From NCBI GenBank assembly GCA_964248365.1, contig CAXTYC010000003.1:160001-224000 (forward strand): a stretch of 64,000 bases of DNA, given 5' to 3'. Below are positions 1-9,831 of this stretch, one piece after another (the first letter of the stretch is position 1; each line of letters begins with the position of its first letter). The DNA is from an uncultured Chroococcidiopsis sp. (GTDB lineage Bacteria > Cyanobacteriota > Cyanobacteriia > Cyanobacteriales > Chroococcidiopsidaceae). The notes under the pieces were generated by a model. The model was not told where the DNA came from, did not search any database, and saw only the letters and a list, made by a program, of their open reading frames with translations. The position numbers and the translations under genes were made by a program.

Positions 1-372
1 TTTGAGATTCACCGAAAATGTACAACACCTAAAATGGATGAAAGTTTATTGCGATACATCCTGATTAATTTGCTTTCTAATGCTATTAAGTATTCGCCCG
101 TAGGTAGTACGGTTCATTTTGAAGTTTTCTGTCAAGATAAAACAGCTATTTTTAAAATTAGAGATGAGGGTATTGGCATTTCCCAAGAAGACCAACAACA
201 ATTATTTCAATCATTTTATCGAGCGAAAAATGTTGGTACAATTCCTGGTACGGGACTAGGGTTAGCTATTGTCAAGCAGTGTGTAGACTCGCATGGCGGT
301 GCGATCGCCGTTGCAAGTGAAGTTAGTGTAGGCACTACGTTTACTGTCACCCTACCACTTGATAAAGTTTAG
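1..372 (+). CDS. Sensor histidine kinase, C-terminal HATPase_c domain (5'-partial, frame open from base 1)
   Basis: N box NLLSNAIKYS, G1 DEGIGI, F box, G2 GTGLGLAIV. Confidence 0.92.
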   Translation, partial: FEIHRKCTTPKMDESLLRYILINLLSNAIKYSPVGSTVHFEVFCQDKTAIFKIRDEGIGISQEDQQQLFQSFYRAKNVGTIPGTGLGLAIVKQCVDSHGGAIAVASEVSVGTTFTVTLPLDKV

Positions 373-738
373 TTAGTAGATTTCGTATGCCACCCATGCC
401 CACCCTACATTGTAAATATTTATTGTGATTGTTATCAGCAAAACAATTATTTCTTATTTAACATAGTTTAATTTTAAATTAAGCTTTCAGCCTGATTTTA
501 CTTATTAAATCTTAATTAGATATTATTAAAACTACCAAGTAGTTTAGAAGTTTAGTAGTCATTTACACAACAGAAAAATTACAACTGAGCCATGACATAC
601 AGGTAGTATTCGCCATTAGTCAATAGTCAATAGAGGTGAAGGGCGATTGGGAGAAGTATAAAGTATGAAGTATGAAGTATGAAATCTAACTGGTAACTGG
701 TAACTGGTAACTGGTAACTGAATAAAGTGGCTTGAAAA

Positions 739-880
739 ATGCAAAGCACTAATCTAGAACAGCAGATGGCTGCAACAACAATTGAACTAGCTGCATCAAA
801 TGAGCAGTTAAAGCAGGAAATCGCCTCTGGCCAGCGTTCCGTTGCCCTCTTGCGACAGCAAACCGAGTGGGCAAAATTGG
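739..880 (+). pseudogene. Remnant of a sensor-kinase N-terminal coiled coil, in frame with the downstream DUF3598 gene via STRR
   Basis: LEQQMAATTIELAASNEQLKQEIASGQRSVALLRQQTEW resembles the linker helix preceding GAF/PAS domains in cyanobacterial kinases. Confidence 0.5.
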
Positions 881-954
881 GGAGAAATTACCGCAATACC
901 TCTTTACCCATTACCAACTACCAACTACCCATTACCAACTACCAATTACCAATC

Positions 955-1788
955 ATGCGATCGCAGTGGGAATGTTTGCTGCAAAACCTGGGAGAATGGC
1001 AAGGTTCATTTACTCGCTTCTCGCCCCAGGGAGAACTAATAGAAGATACTCCTACCGTCGTTTCTTTTGAGGGGCTGAACAATAACCAGACAATGCGCCA
1101 AATTGTCCGCCGTTTTCCAGCGAATCAGCCACCAGATGAAAAAATTTTGGAATATAGTTCTTTGGGACGGAGTATTTTGCTGTTTGAGAATGGAGCATTT
1201 TCTAATGGTTCTGTCCAATTTGCTCCTTTTTCAGAGTTTGGTGCGGAATTAGGTTTGATTAGTGGCGAATGCCGTTTACGTCTGGTGCAGCTATTCAATG
1301 AAAATAGTCAACTCGATAGAATTACACTCATTCGGGAAAGACTCGCTGGTACAACAACAGCAGAACGCCCCCCACTGACTGTAGATGATTTGGTGGGAGA
1401 ATGGCAGGGAGAAGCAGTGACGATTTATCCAGACTGGCGATCGCCTGATAAATATCCCACTGGGCTACAAATAACTAAAAATGGTGAAAATCAAATCAGT
1501 CAGCAGCTAACAATTTATCAGGGAAATTCATCTCGCATCATTAGCTCTTCTGCCAAAATAAAAGGTTCGATCCTCTGCTTTGACAGCGGTTCCCACCCAA
1601 TTCAAGTATTGCTACTACCTGACGGTGCTTCTTCCACCTCTCCCCAGCAGATAAAAGCGGGTGAGGCTTTTTTTCTAGAAGTTGGTTGGCTGCTTCAACC
1701 CAATCTGCGTCAAAGGCTGATTCGTCGCTATGACGACAAGGGAGGATGGTCTAGCTTAACTTTAGTTACAGAGCATCGAGTCGGTTAA
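955..1788 (+). CDS. DUF3598 family protein
   Basis: MRSQWECLLQNLGEWQGSFT start and RLIRRYDDKGGWSSLTLVTE end; the called ORF upstream of 955 is STRR plus kinase remnant. Confidence 0.85.
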   Translation: MRSQWECLLQNLGEWQGSFTRFSPQGELIEDTPTVVSFEGLNNNQTMRQIVRRFPANQPPDEKILEYSSLGRSILLFENGAFSNGSVQFAPFSEFGAELGLISGECRLRLVQLFNENSQLDRITLIRERLAGTTTAERPPLTVDDLVGEWQGEAVTIYPDWRSPDKYPTGLQITKNGENQISQQLTIYQGNSSRIISSSAKIKGSILCFDSGSHPIQVLLLPDGASSTSPQQIKAGEAFFLEVGWLLQPNLRQRLIRRYDDKGGWSSLTLVTEHRVG

Positions 1789-2010
1789 ATTCGCGCATTG
1801 CACTGGTCTTTTTTTGTTTCACGCAAAGGCGCATTCGCGAAGCGTTGCCGCAGGCTAGGCGCAAAAGTTGGACGCAAAAAGTAGCTAAGGGTTTAACCGA
1901 TATATTCATTGCTAGCAAATCTCCTCAAAAACCCGCCCCTACTGCATGGTGCGTTAGGCTCATAACTCTCTACTCCCTACTCCCTACTATACACAACCGA
2001 GGCAAATGCC

Positions 2011-2481
2011 GTGAAAATCGAGTTTTTAGCTGATTGTCCAGAAATTATACCTGCGATCGCCTGCCTACAACAGCTAGAAATGAGACTGGGAGAAAAATCT
2101 AACTAGGACGGTGCGATCAAAAAATTTAGTCTACGTCTGAATCGAGTAAATTTGCCTCTGACTTTAGTTGCTTTTGTGGATACGCTACCCGTTGGTAGTG
2201 CAAGCTGTGTTGATTGCGATTTACCCTTCTATTCAAACCTCAAACCTTGGCTTGCTTCCCTATTTGTTGCCACTCCTTATCAAAAGCAAGGTATCGGTTA
2301 TCAACTTATACAACAAATCGAGTTAATTGCTAACCAAATGGGTTATCAGCAGCTCTACTTATTTACCTGGACAGCAGAAGCATACTACCACAAACTAGGG
2401 TGGACTGTAATTGATACAACCCAGCCAAAAGGACTACCACAATCAGTAATCATGCAAAAGACCTTAAAAAATTTCCCTTAG
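2011..2481 (+). pseudogene. GNAT acetyltransferase with in-frame TAG at 2104-2106
   Basis: GTG start VKIEFLADCPEIIPAIA, TAG, then same frame continues to PWLASLFVATPYQKQGIG (motif A) and YYHKLGW. Confidence 0.75.
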
Positions 2482-2610
2482 TCACCTTGAAAATCTTAAA
2501 TCTAACTCTTAGCGCCTTCGCGTCTACCCTGCGCGAAGCCACTTGGTGTCTATGCGCGACATAAATCTAAAATCCGACCATCGCTATAACTTCCGATTAT
2601 CCCCCTTGTC

Positions 2611-3594
2611 CTATTCAGTAAACCCTACAACTGGCTTCGACTTAACTTCTAGATCTGGTAGTCCTTCCAGCTTTTCCATTGGAGAAGGTGGGGCTGCTTC
2701 TTTTGGCACAAAAATGGTTAATCCGCCAGGTATACACTCTACATCTATGGGCGTTTCACCCATAACTTCTCCATCCACAACCACTTTTTGCAAGGGGTTA
2801 GTGCGGATAATTACTCGTCTAGCTCTGATATAACCAATGTCATCTCGATCAGCCGAATTTTCATTCAAGGCTGTTTGGAGTAAGTGGTAAGAAGCAGCGA
2901 TCGCCCCTGCTCGACTTACGGGAGAAACTACAGTTACATCGAGCAACCCATCATCAAAGATCACCCCAGCAGGACCTTGAGCCAAAATTGAAGTTGGCGG
3001 TGCTGCATTTGCTACGGTAACAGCAGATGCCGTTACAGTAATAACTTTATCTTCAGTTTCAATTTCTGCCGTAAAATGATCCAACTCTCTTAGCTGTTGC
3101 AGCCCAGCCATTACGTAAGCAAGCATTCCGAAGCGCTTTTTTGCCGTGCGGTCAGCTTTTTCTACTGTTTCCGCCTCAAACCCAATTCCAGCTAGTAACA
3201 CCATTGGCAAACCGTTACACACAGCTGCATCAACTGCCCTAGTTGCACCACCCAAAATTGTCTCGCAGGCAGCTTCTATTGTGTCTGGTAGTTCCAAAGC
3301 CGCAGCAAAAGCGTTAGCTGTGCCGCGAGAGATTATTCCCAAAGGTATATTTTTTCCTACTAAAGCATTGGCAGCAGCAGATAAAGTGCCATCACCACCA
3401 GAGGCAATGATTGCTTTTGCACCATCGGCGATCGCTTCGGATGCGATCGCATCTGCACCCTTTTCTTCTGTCGTCAACCGAATATCTAAATCGATTTCCG
3501 GTTCTAATAGCGATCGGATGATTGCTAAATCTTGCTCTGGGTTACTTTGACCAGCAACCGGATTAAAAACCAGGCAGGCTGTTGTTCGGCTCAT
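2611..3594 (-). CDS. YegS/Rv2252/BmrU family lipid (diacylglycerol) kinase
   Basis: FNPVAG, ASGGDGT, GTANAFA, VVDGE motifs. Confidence 0.92.
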   Translation of the reverse strand: MSRTTACLVFNPVAGQSNPEQDLAIIRSLLEPEIDLDIRLTTEEKGADAIASEAIADGAKAIIASGGDGTLSAAANALVGKNIPLGIISRGTANAFAAALELPDTIEAACETILGGATRAVDAAVCNGLPMVLLAGIGFEAETVEKADRTAKKRFGMLAYVMAGLQQLRELDHFTAEIETEDKVITVTASAVTVANAAPPTSILAQGPAGVIFDDGLLDVTVVSPVSRAGAIAASYHLLQTALNENSADRDDIGYIRARRVIIRTNPLQKVVVDGEVMGETPIDVECIPGGLTIFVPKEAAPPSPMEKLEGLPDLEVKSKPVVGFTE

Positions 3595-3801
3595 AGCAGT
3601 TTACAAAACTTGCAATTACTGTCATAGGGGCTATTGGCGGCGGGTCTAGTCTGAGCTAAAAGAATTGCCTTTTCACAGCACAAAGACCATTGTTAAAGCA
3701 AATACAGCATCAGATATAGCAACCAAGCGAATTTATTTTTTACTAAACTAGCAGCTGAGCGTTAAACCTTATCCCTATCTAAAGTTACAAATATTTACCT
3801 C

Positions 3802-4056
3802 ATGCCAGACCCTTTAATGTATCAGCAGGATGTCTTTGTCGTCCTAGAACCCAATCAACCGGAGCGATTTCTGACCGCGGCAGAATTGCAAGAATTACTC
3901 AAGGTAATCTTGAGCCAGCGGCAGGATTTGCCCCCCTACCTGCAAAAGTTTACCTCAGTTGATGCACAGGCGCAGTATTTAATAGACACTAGCTGTGAAT
4001 TGGATCTAGATCCAGGTCAATACTTACAGTGGTATGCTGTGCGCTTGGAAAAGTAA
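3802..4056 (+). CDS. Chlororespiratory reduction protein 7 (CRR7), NDH-1 assembly factor
   Basis: MPDPLMYQ...FVVLEPNQPERFLT...CELDLDPGQYLQWYAVRLEK. Confidence 0.85.
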   Translation: MPDPLMYQQDVFVVLEPNQPERFLTAAELQELLKVILSQRQDLPPYLQKFTSVDAQAQYLIDTSCELDLDPGQYLQWYAVRLEK

Positions 4057-4168
4057 AAAAGGGAAAAGGGAAAAGGGAAAAGGAGTTGTGGAGTTGTGTA
4101 GTTGTGTAGTTGTGTAGTTCTCCCCCTCTCCCCCCTGCCCCCCTGCCCCTCTGCCCTCTTAAACGCCC

Positions 4169-4714
4169 CTACTTCGCTGATATCAGTGCCAATTCAATCT
4201 CATCCTCAGCAGGCTGAGTCAGTTGTACCTTTACGCCAGGACCAAAAAAGCTTTCCATCTTTTCCTGCTTCTGCTGCCACCGTTCAAAGGGAATCATAGG
4301 AGAATCAAATTCTAGTACCAATGCATAAGCACCCTCAAAGTCAGTTTCCCGTATGCTTTTAATTGTTGGTCTTTCCTCGTCTGTAGGACTAAGACCTAAG
4401 TGAGATAAAGAGGTATCAAGATGTGCCTCTTGACCGTAACGATATCGTGTAATATCTTGACGAATTTGATTTTGCGTAGCAGTTGCTTGCTGCTCGCGTA
4501 AGGCAAGAACTTCTGGTGTAGTTGGCTGGCTGAATGGTACTGGCTTTAGTTCAGCTATGTTAAGTGCCAAACCTCCTAGCAAAAGAGGAATTCCATAAAA
4601 AAAGCCGACCAAATTTAGTGTAGGTTTACCAGCAAAATAGGCAGCAAACCCTACAACCGTTAAAAATCCACCCACAACTAAGCCCAGTTTTCCCAAAGAA
4701 ATTTGACGGAACAT
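4169..4714 (-). CDS. DUF2854 family membrane protein
   Basis: Two N-terminal TM segments, FFYGIPLLLGGLAL, RYRYGQEAHLD, FFGPG. Confidence 0.85.
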   Translation of the reverse strand: MFRQISLGKLGLVVGGFLTVVGFAAYFAGKPTLNLVGFFYGIPLLLGGLALNIAELKPVPFSQPTTPEVLALREQQATATQNQIRQDITRYRYGQEAHLDTSLSHLGLSPTDEERPTIKSIRETDFEGAYALVLEFDSPMIPFERWQQKQEKMESFFGPGVKVQLTQPAEDEIELALISAK

Positions 4715-4852
4715 GATAATCAGCTACTATAAATTGCAATCACTTCAGCTTTATTATCATCTTCTTTTCCCTCCTGCTGGGGAAGCGTGGGCAGAGCAAT
4801 AATCTTTGCTGTTCTACTACAATGTATGCAGAGTCAACCAAGGAATGAAAGA

Positions 4853-5035
4853 ATGGATCGACAAACCCTGCGAGAAAGAATTGCCTTGATTGAAGGTAAA
4901 AGAGAGTCGCTATTAAATTTATTGGAACAACCCAACTTGGGAACACTCAGAATTGATGTCAATCAAGCTTTGGAAGAAATGGATGAGCTGATTGATGAGT
5001 TTAAACGCACTTTTCCAGAGCAGGAAAGTAGTTAA
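4853..5035 (+). CDS. Small conserved cyanobacterial helical hypothetical protein
   Basis: MDRQTLRERIA...PNLGTLRIDVNQALEEMDELIDEFKRTFP; ATG at 4853. Confidence 0.7.
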   Translation: MDRQTLRERIALIEGKRESLLNLLEQPNLGTLRIDVNQALEEMDELIDEFKRTFPEQESS

Positions 5036-5048
5036 TTGTCAAAAAGAT

Positions 5049-5083
5049 AGTAGTAGCCTACTTTCATTTGCTGTAGGCTGCTA
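5049..5083. terminator. Hairpin between convergent genes
   Basis: TAGTAGCCTAC...GTAGGCTGCTA inverted repeat. Confidence 0.45.
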
Positions 5084-5155
5084 ATTATTAACTGCTAATT
5101 GTGCAACTATCAGCCAATTGCAACACATTCAATTATCTAAAATCATTCATGTCGC

Positions 5156-5569
5156 TTAAGCAGTAGTTATGCGCTGACCTAATTCCTTAATCATATGAAT
5201 CAGATCTGTAGTAGCTGTATCTTTTTTGCAAAAGGCATCCAAGCTACTTGTGGTTTCTATTTCCCTCAGCTTTGGATCTTCCAAAGATGAGTAGGCGATA
5301 ATTTGAATATTTGGGTTAATATCTTTTATGTGAGTTGAAGCACTCCAGCCATCCATTACAGGCATTTGTAAATCCAGAACGATCACATTAGGATGGTGGC
5401 GGTTCACCATTTCGATCGCTTCTTGACCATTACTTGCTAAACCAACTAGTTCTATATTCTCTTGGCTAGAAAGAGCTAACTTTAAAGTGAAACGAGTAAG
5501 TTCATGATCGTCAACGACCAGAACTCGTAGGGTAGAAGGGTGACATGACAACATTAACATCCCAGACAA
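5156..5569 (-). CDS. Single-domain response regulator (receiver only)
   Basis: VLVVDDH, LDLQMPVMDG, AYSS, K motif. Confidence 0.9.
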   Translation of the reverse strand: MSGMLMLSCHPSTLRVLVVDDHELTRFTLKLALSSQENIELVGLASNGQEAIEMVNRHHPNVIVLDLQMPVMDGWSASTHIKDINPNIQIIAYSSLEDPKLREIETTSSLDAFCKKDTATTDLIHMIKELGQRITTA

Positions 5570-5720
5570 TTAAAGAAAACAAAAGAATTAGGCATATTTA
5601 ACCTAATAGTGTATGAGGGTAAGAAGTGGAATCACCTCTATCCTCTGGTTGAATCCCTAAATGCATTTATTGCAAATCCGAGCATCAGGGGCATTGGCTT
5701 ATCTTGCTGTGTACCTAAGA

Positions 5721-5749
5721 TCCTAGTTCCCAGGCTCAGCCTGGGAACT
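5721..5749. repeat. REP-like palindrome just after ppk1
   Basis: CTAGTTCCCAGGC-TCA-GCCTGGGAACTAG perfect stem. Confidence 0.7.
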
Positions 5750-5757
5750 AGAGGGAT

Positions 5758-7923
5758 TCATGTTGTACTGGCACTTGCTTGCGCCATTTCCATGAAGATT
5801 TTTTGGGAACTCGATTGCCCAGAATTAGCAGCAGGACGACGTTGGATATAGCGTCCATCTGGCTGTAAATCCCAAGCCCCGCGGTTATCTGCTAACATGA
5901 CACCAAGAATTTCTTGCAAATCTTTGGCAATATCTGGGTCTTCAACAATTGTAATTGCTTCAACCCGTCGATCTAGATTACGGGGCATCCAGTCAGCACT
6001 ACCAATATAAATTTCTTCTTGACCGTTGTTATGAAAGTAAAAAATGCGGGAGTGTTCTAGAAAGCGCCCGACAATACTAATGACGCGAATATTTTCACTT
6101 ACTTCTTTCACGCCAGGACGCAAACAGCACATACCTCGTATAATCAGGTCAATTTGTACTCCAGCACGTGAGGCTTCATACAGGGTAGCGATGATTTGCG
6201 GATCGACTAGAGCGTTCATTTTGGCAACAATCCGACTCCTGTCACCGTTTTGGCAGTGTTCGATTTCGCGCCGGATCATGGCAATCATGCGATCGCGCAA
6301 GTTGACTGGTGCAACCAATAGTTTACGATAAGACTGTTGTCGCGAATAACCTGTCAAGTAATTGAACAAATCTGTCAAATCAGCCCCTAATTCTTCTCGA
6401 CAACTAAACAAACCCAAATCTGTGTAAATCCGTGCTGTTTTTGGGTTATAATTACCAGTCCCAATGTGGACATAGCGGCGGATACGGTCTGCCTCCCGTC
6501 GCACTACCATGACAATTTTGCAATGGGTTTTTAGTCCTCCTACACCATAAACTACATGAACTCCTGCCCTTTCTAACCGCCGCGCCCAGTAAATATTGTT
6601 CTCTTCATCAAACCGAGCTTTCAGTTCCATCAATACAGCTACCTGTTTACCATTTTCAGCGGCGGCGATTAGAGCATTCAAAATTGGTGAGTCACCAGAG
6701 GTGCGGTAAAGCGTCATCTTGACAGCAAGCACATCTCGGTCATAGGCAGCACTGGTAATAAAACGCAATACTGTAGCGGAAAAAGAATAATAGGGATGGT
6801 GTACCAACAAATCTCGTTCCCGAATGATCGAGAAAAAGTCGTTTCCTTCCTCAGATTCTGTGGCATTGGGGATAGCAACAGCACTACTAAGGCGTTGCAA
6901 ACGGGGTGGTATTACAGATTTCCAAGGTGAATCTTTGAGAAAAGGTAGATCTAGTGCCATAAATGACATTAGATCCCCCAGTCCCAGCAGTCCATCTATT
7001 TCATAAACTGCCCTTTCTTCGAGATCCATTTCCCGCACTAGTTTACTGCGTACGAACTCAGGCATTTGGGATTGAATTTCTAGCCTGACTACCGTTCCTC
7101 CAATGCGTCGTTTGCGTAGTTCCTGCTCTATTGCTACTAGCAGATCATCTGCTTCATCCTCTTCCAATTCCAGGTCAGCATCACGGGTAATTCTAAAAGA
7201 GTGACATTCCTGAATATTCATCCCAGGAAACAGCGATTCTAAGTTATGAGCGATCACTTGTTCCAGAGGAACACCAGTCCAGGGAGCAGGTTTTTCATCG
7301 TGCTGCATTCGCAGTTCCAAGGGCAGAGGTACAAACCGAGGCAGGACATTGGGAACTTTCACCCTGGCAAATAATTCTTCGTCAGTTGCAGGATTTTTCA
7401 CCACCACTGCCAAATTTAGGCTGCGATTAGAAATAAAAGGAAAAGGATGACTCGGATCGACTGCCAAAGGTGTGAGAACGGGAAAAATTTGCTCTTCAAA
7501 GTAGCGTTGCAGGTAAGTCCGCTGTTCTTGAGTCAGGTCGATGTAGTCAAGGATGTAGATACCTTCTCGTGCTAGTGCGGGTCTTAGTACTTGCTCAAAA
7601 TGCCGATGTTGTTGCGCTACCAAAGGACGCAGGCGCTGACTAATTGCCTCTAGTTGTTCAGAAGGGGTGCGACCATCTGGGCTTAATTTGCTTACTTTGG
7701 CTGCAACAGATTCTTGCAGTGCAGCAACGCGCACCATGAAGAATTCATCTAAATTAGCGCTGAAGATTGCCAAAAACTTGAGTCGCTCCAAAAGAGGCGA
7801 TCGCGGATCACAGGCTTCATGCAATACTCGGTTATTAAATTCCAACCAACTTAATTCACGGCTGAAGTAGTATTGTGGATCGCCCAAATTAATTTCTGTA
7901 GCAGCTTTCTTAGTTTTAGGCAT
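5758..7923 (-). CDS. ppk1: Polyphosphate kinase 1
   Basis: RELSWLEFN, NLDEFFMVRVA, HHPY, ELKARFDEENN, KTHCK, GSADWMPRNLDRRVE. Confidence 0.98.
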   Translation of the reverse strand: MPKTKKAATEINLGDPQYYFSRELSWLEFNNRVLHEACDPRSPLLERLKFLAIFSANLDEFFMVRVAALQESVAAKVSKLSPDGRTPSEQLEAISQRLRPLVAQQHRHFEQVLRPALAREGIYILDYIDLTQEQRTYLQRYFEEQIFPVLTPLAVDPSHPFPFISNRSLNLAVVVKNPATDEELFARVKVPNVLPRFVPLPLELRMQHDEKPAPWTGVPLEQVIAHNLESLFPGMNIQECHSFRITRDADLELEEDEADDLLVAIEQELRKRRIGGTVVRLEIQSQMPEFVRSKLVREMDLEERAVYEIDGLLGLGDLMSFMALDLPFLKDSPWKSVIPPRLQRLSSAVAIPNATESEEGNDFFSIIRERDLLVHHPYYSFSATVLRFITSAAYDRDVLAVKMTLYRTSGDSPILNALIAAAENGKQVAVLMELKARFDEENNIYWARRLERAGVHVVYGVGGLKTHCKIVMVVRREADRIRRYVHIGTGNYNPKTARIYTDLGLFSCREELGADLTDLFNYLTGYSRQQSYRKLLVAPVNLRDRMIAMIRREIEHCQNGDRSRIVAKMNALVDPQIIATLYEASRAGVQIDLIIRGMCCLRPGVKEVSENIRVISIVGRFLEHSRIFYFHNNGQEEIYIGSADWMPRNLDRRVEAITIVEDPDIAKDLQEILGVMLADNRGAWDLQPDGRYIQRRPAANSGQSSSQKIFMEMAQASASTT

Positions 7924-8030
7924 AACATTAGATGAAGAAGGTTAAAGGTTAAAGGTTAAAGGTTAAATCAATTCCTTTCCCCTTCCGCTTTTAGGTCAAA
8001 AGTAGAGCAGGCCAACTTTTGAGCGGATGA

Positions 8031-8240
8031 TTAGTCGCCAAATGCCTCTTTTTCAATTCCCACCCACCATTCACCCAAGTTCATCAAGTCTTGGTGAATA
8101 TCTGCCAACTCCTGGGCATATTCTTCTGAGGAAATCGTGTCACGCTCTTTGAGTTTCAAAAGACGCAGTTGAATCAACAGCCAAGGCTTAGAAATACTGT
8201 CTGTTGCTTCGAGGTACTGCGCCAGTTCATTACTATCCAT
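8031..8240 (-). CDS. Small conserved hypothetical protein
   Basis: MDSNELAQYLEATDSISKPWLLIQLRL...LGEWWVGIE. Confidence 0.7.
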   Translation of the reverse strand: MDSNELAQYLEATDSISKPWLLIQLRLLKLKERDTISSEEYAQELADIHQDLMNLGEWWVGIEKEAFGD

Positions 8241-8288
8241 TATTGGCATTCGCATACACAGCCTGCCCTCAGTTTACCTATAACCAAT

Positions 8289-8320
8289 AAAAAACAGCCA
8301 CGCCCATAGGGGTGACTGTT
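8289..8320 (-). terminator. Intrinsic terminator downstream of sod
   Basis: Minus strand ACAGTCACCC-loop-GGGCGTGGCTGT followed by a T run. Confidence 0.65.
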
Positions 8321-8480
8321 CTGAATGATAGGGACTGGAGGCTAGAGGCTAGGGGCTAGAGGAAGCGGGAAAAAGGGAAAAGGGAAAAGGGTAAACATTA
8401 AAGGTTCAAACTTCATCCTTCACACTTCAAACTTCATCCTTTATAATTTCCCTAACCCCTAGCCCCTAGTCCCTAGTCCC

Positions 8481-9098
8481 TCATTTAGCCTTTGCCATCT
8501 CCAGGCGCTTGTTAATTTCGTCCCATTTAACCACATTCCACCACTGCTTTAGATACTCAGCACGTTTATTCTGGTACTTGAGATAGTAGGCGTGTTCCCA
8601 AACATCATTTCCCATGATGGGGAAGTTACCGCCAGTGATGGGGCTGTCTTGGTTAGGCGAACTTGTAACCTCAAACTTGCCTTCAGGAGTGAGAATTAGC
8701 CAAACCCAGCCACTACCAAATTGTTTCGTTCCAGCATCATTAAACCGCTGCTTGAATGATTCAAAGTCGCCGAAGTTTTCGCTAATTACAGAGGCAATTG
8801 CACCAGTTGGTTCCCCGCCTGCATTGGCTCCCATGATCTGCCAAAACATTGTGTGGTTGACATCACCGCCCCCATTGTTCCGCACGGCTGTGCGAATATC
8901 CTCTGGGATGCTGTTCAGTTCACGTACCAAGTCTTCTGGACTTTTGTTTTGCAAGTCTGGATATTTTCCTACCGCTGTGTTGAGGTTATTTACATAAGTC
9001 TGATGGTGCATATCATGATGCAACTGCATCGTTTGAGCGTCGATGTAAGGCTCTAGAGCGTCGTAGTTGTAAGGTAACGGAGAAAGTTCAAATGCCAT
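8481..9098 (-). CDS. sodA: Superoxide dismutase, Mn-type signature, no signal peptide
   Basis: HHDMHH, NNGGGxx[20 protein letters not shown]. Confidence 0.9.
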   Translation of the reverse strand: MAFELSPLPYNYDALEPYIDAQTMQLHHDMHHQTYVNNLNTAVGKYPDLQNKSPEDLVRELNSIPEDIRTAVRNNGGGDVNHTMFWQIMGANAGGEPTGAIASVISENFGDFESFKQRFNDAGTKQFGSGWVWLILTPEGKFEVTSSPNQDSPITGGNFPIMGNDVWEHAYYLKYQNKRAEYLKQWWNVVKWDEINKRLEMAKAK

Positions 9099-9125
9099 AT
9101 GAAATCCTCACTGTGGCGCTGTCTT

Positions 9126-9381
9126 GGAAAATATTGCGGGAGCGAAAAGTGGAGCGGGTGCGGTGGTGAGGCAGCGCGGTCTTGGGGGGTTCCCCCCATG
9201 AGCGACTGCCGAAAGGCTTTGCCGACATAAAGCACCCCGCGTGGCGTATTGATAGAGTTGGGGTTCCCCCAACTCTCGCCCAACTTTTCAAGAGAGGCGA
9301 AGCGAAAAGTTGGGGGGTTTTTAGCAAGGGGTATCCTTGCCTCCCCCAAGCTTTTCAAGAGAGCCACACCGCAATTTTTCC
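9126..9381. repeat. GC-rich composite repeat / MITE-like insert upstream of sod
   Basis: Imperfect terminal IRs GGAAAATATTGCGG / CCGCAATTTTTCC and several internal hairpins. Confidence 0.5.
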
Positions 9382-9831
9382 GCTTCTAATAAGAGAGTGG
9401 GCGATAGCAGTGACCGCACCTCTAGGGCTAATACTAACGATTTTGCTGGAGAAAATACGAGATAAAATAAAAATTAATGGTTTATTCTGGCTTAAAACTC
9501 ATAAAAATAGCCAAATCTTAGTTGTGATGCGCTCAGAAGGCGAATAATTACTCAAAATAAGATATCATGCCATCTAATTGTTCGGCGAGTAAGCGATCGC
9601 ACACTCTTTAATTTACGTAAAGAATTAGAACTGAGAGTTTACATAAGAGTGTAAAAAAGTTCACAAACTTCACACCTATTCACACTAAGAGGAGGTGAGG
9701 GACAAGGGGAACCAGGGGCGCGCGTGAGGATGGGGAGAGTGGGAGACAAGGGGACAAGGGGAAAGAACTATACATAAACCTCCCCTTGTCTCCTTGTCCC
9801 CTAGTCCCTAGCCACTAGCCACTAGCCCCTA

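Noticed and set aside
2104..2106. Pyrrolysine or other recoding of the GNAT amber codon
   Set aside because: No recoding machinery or signal is visible; nonsense mutation or read error is simpler.
9053..9547. ORFs 9053-9367, 9088-9327 and 9182-9547
   Set aside because: Translations of GC-rich repeat DNA with no protein motifs.
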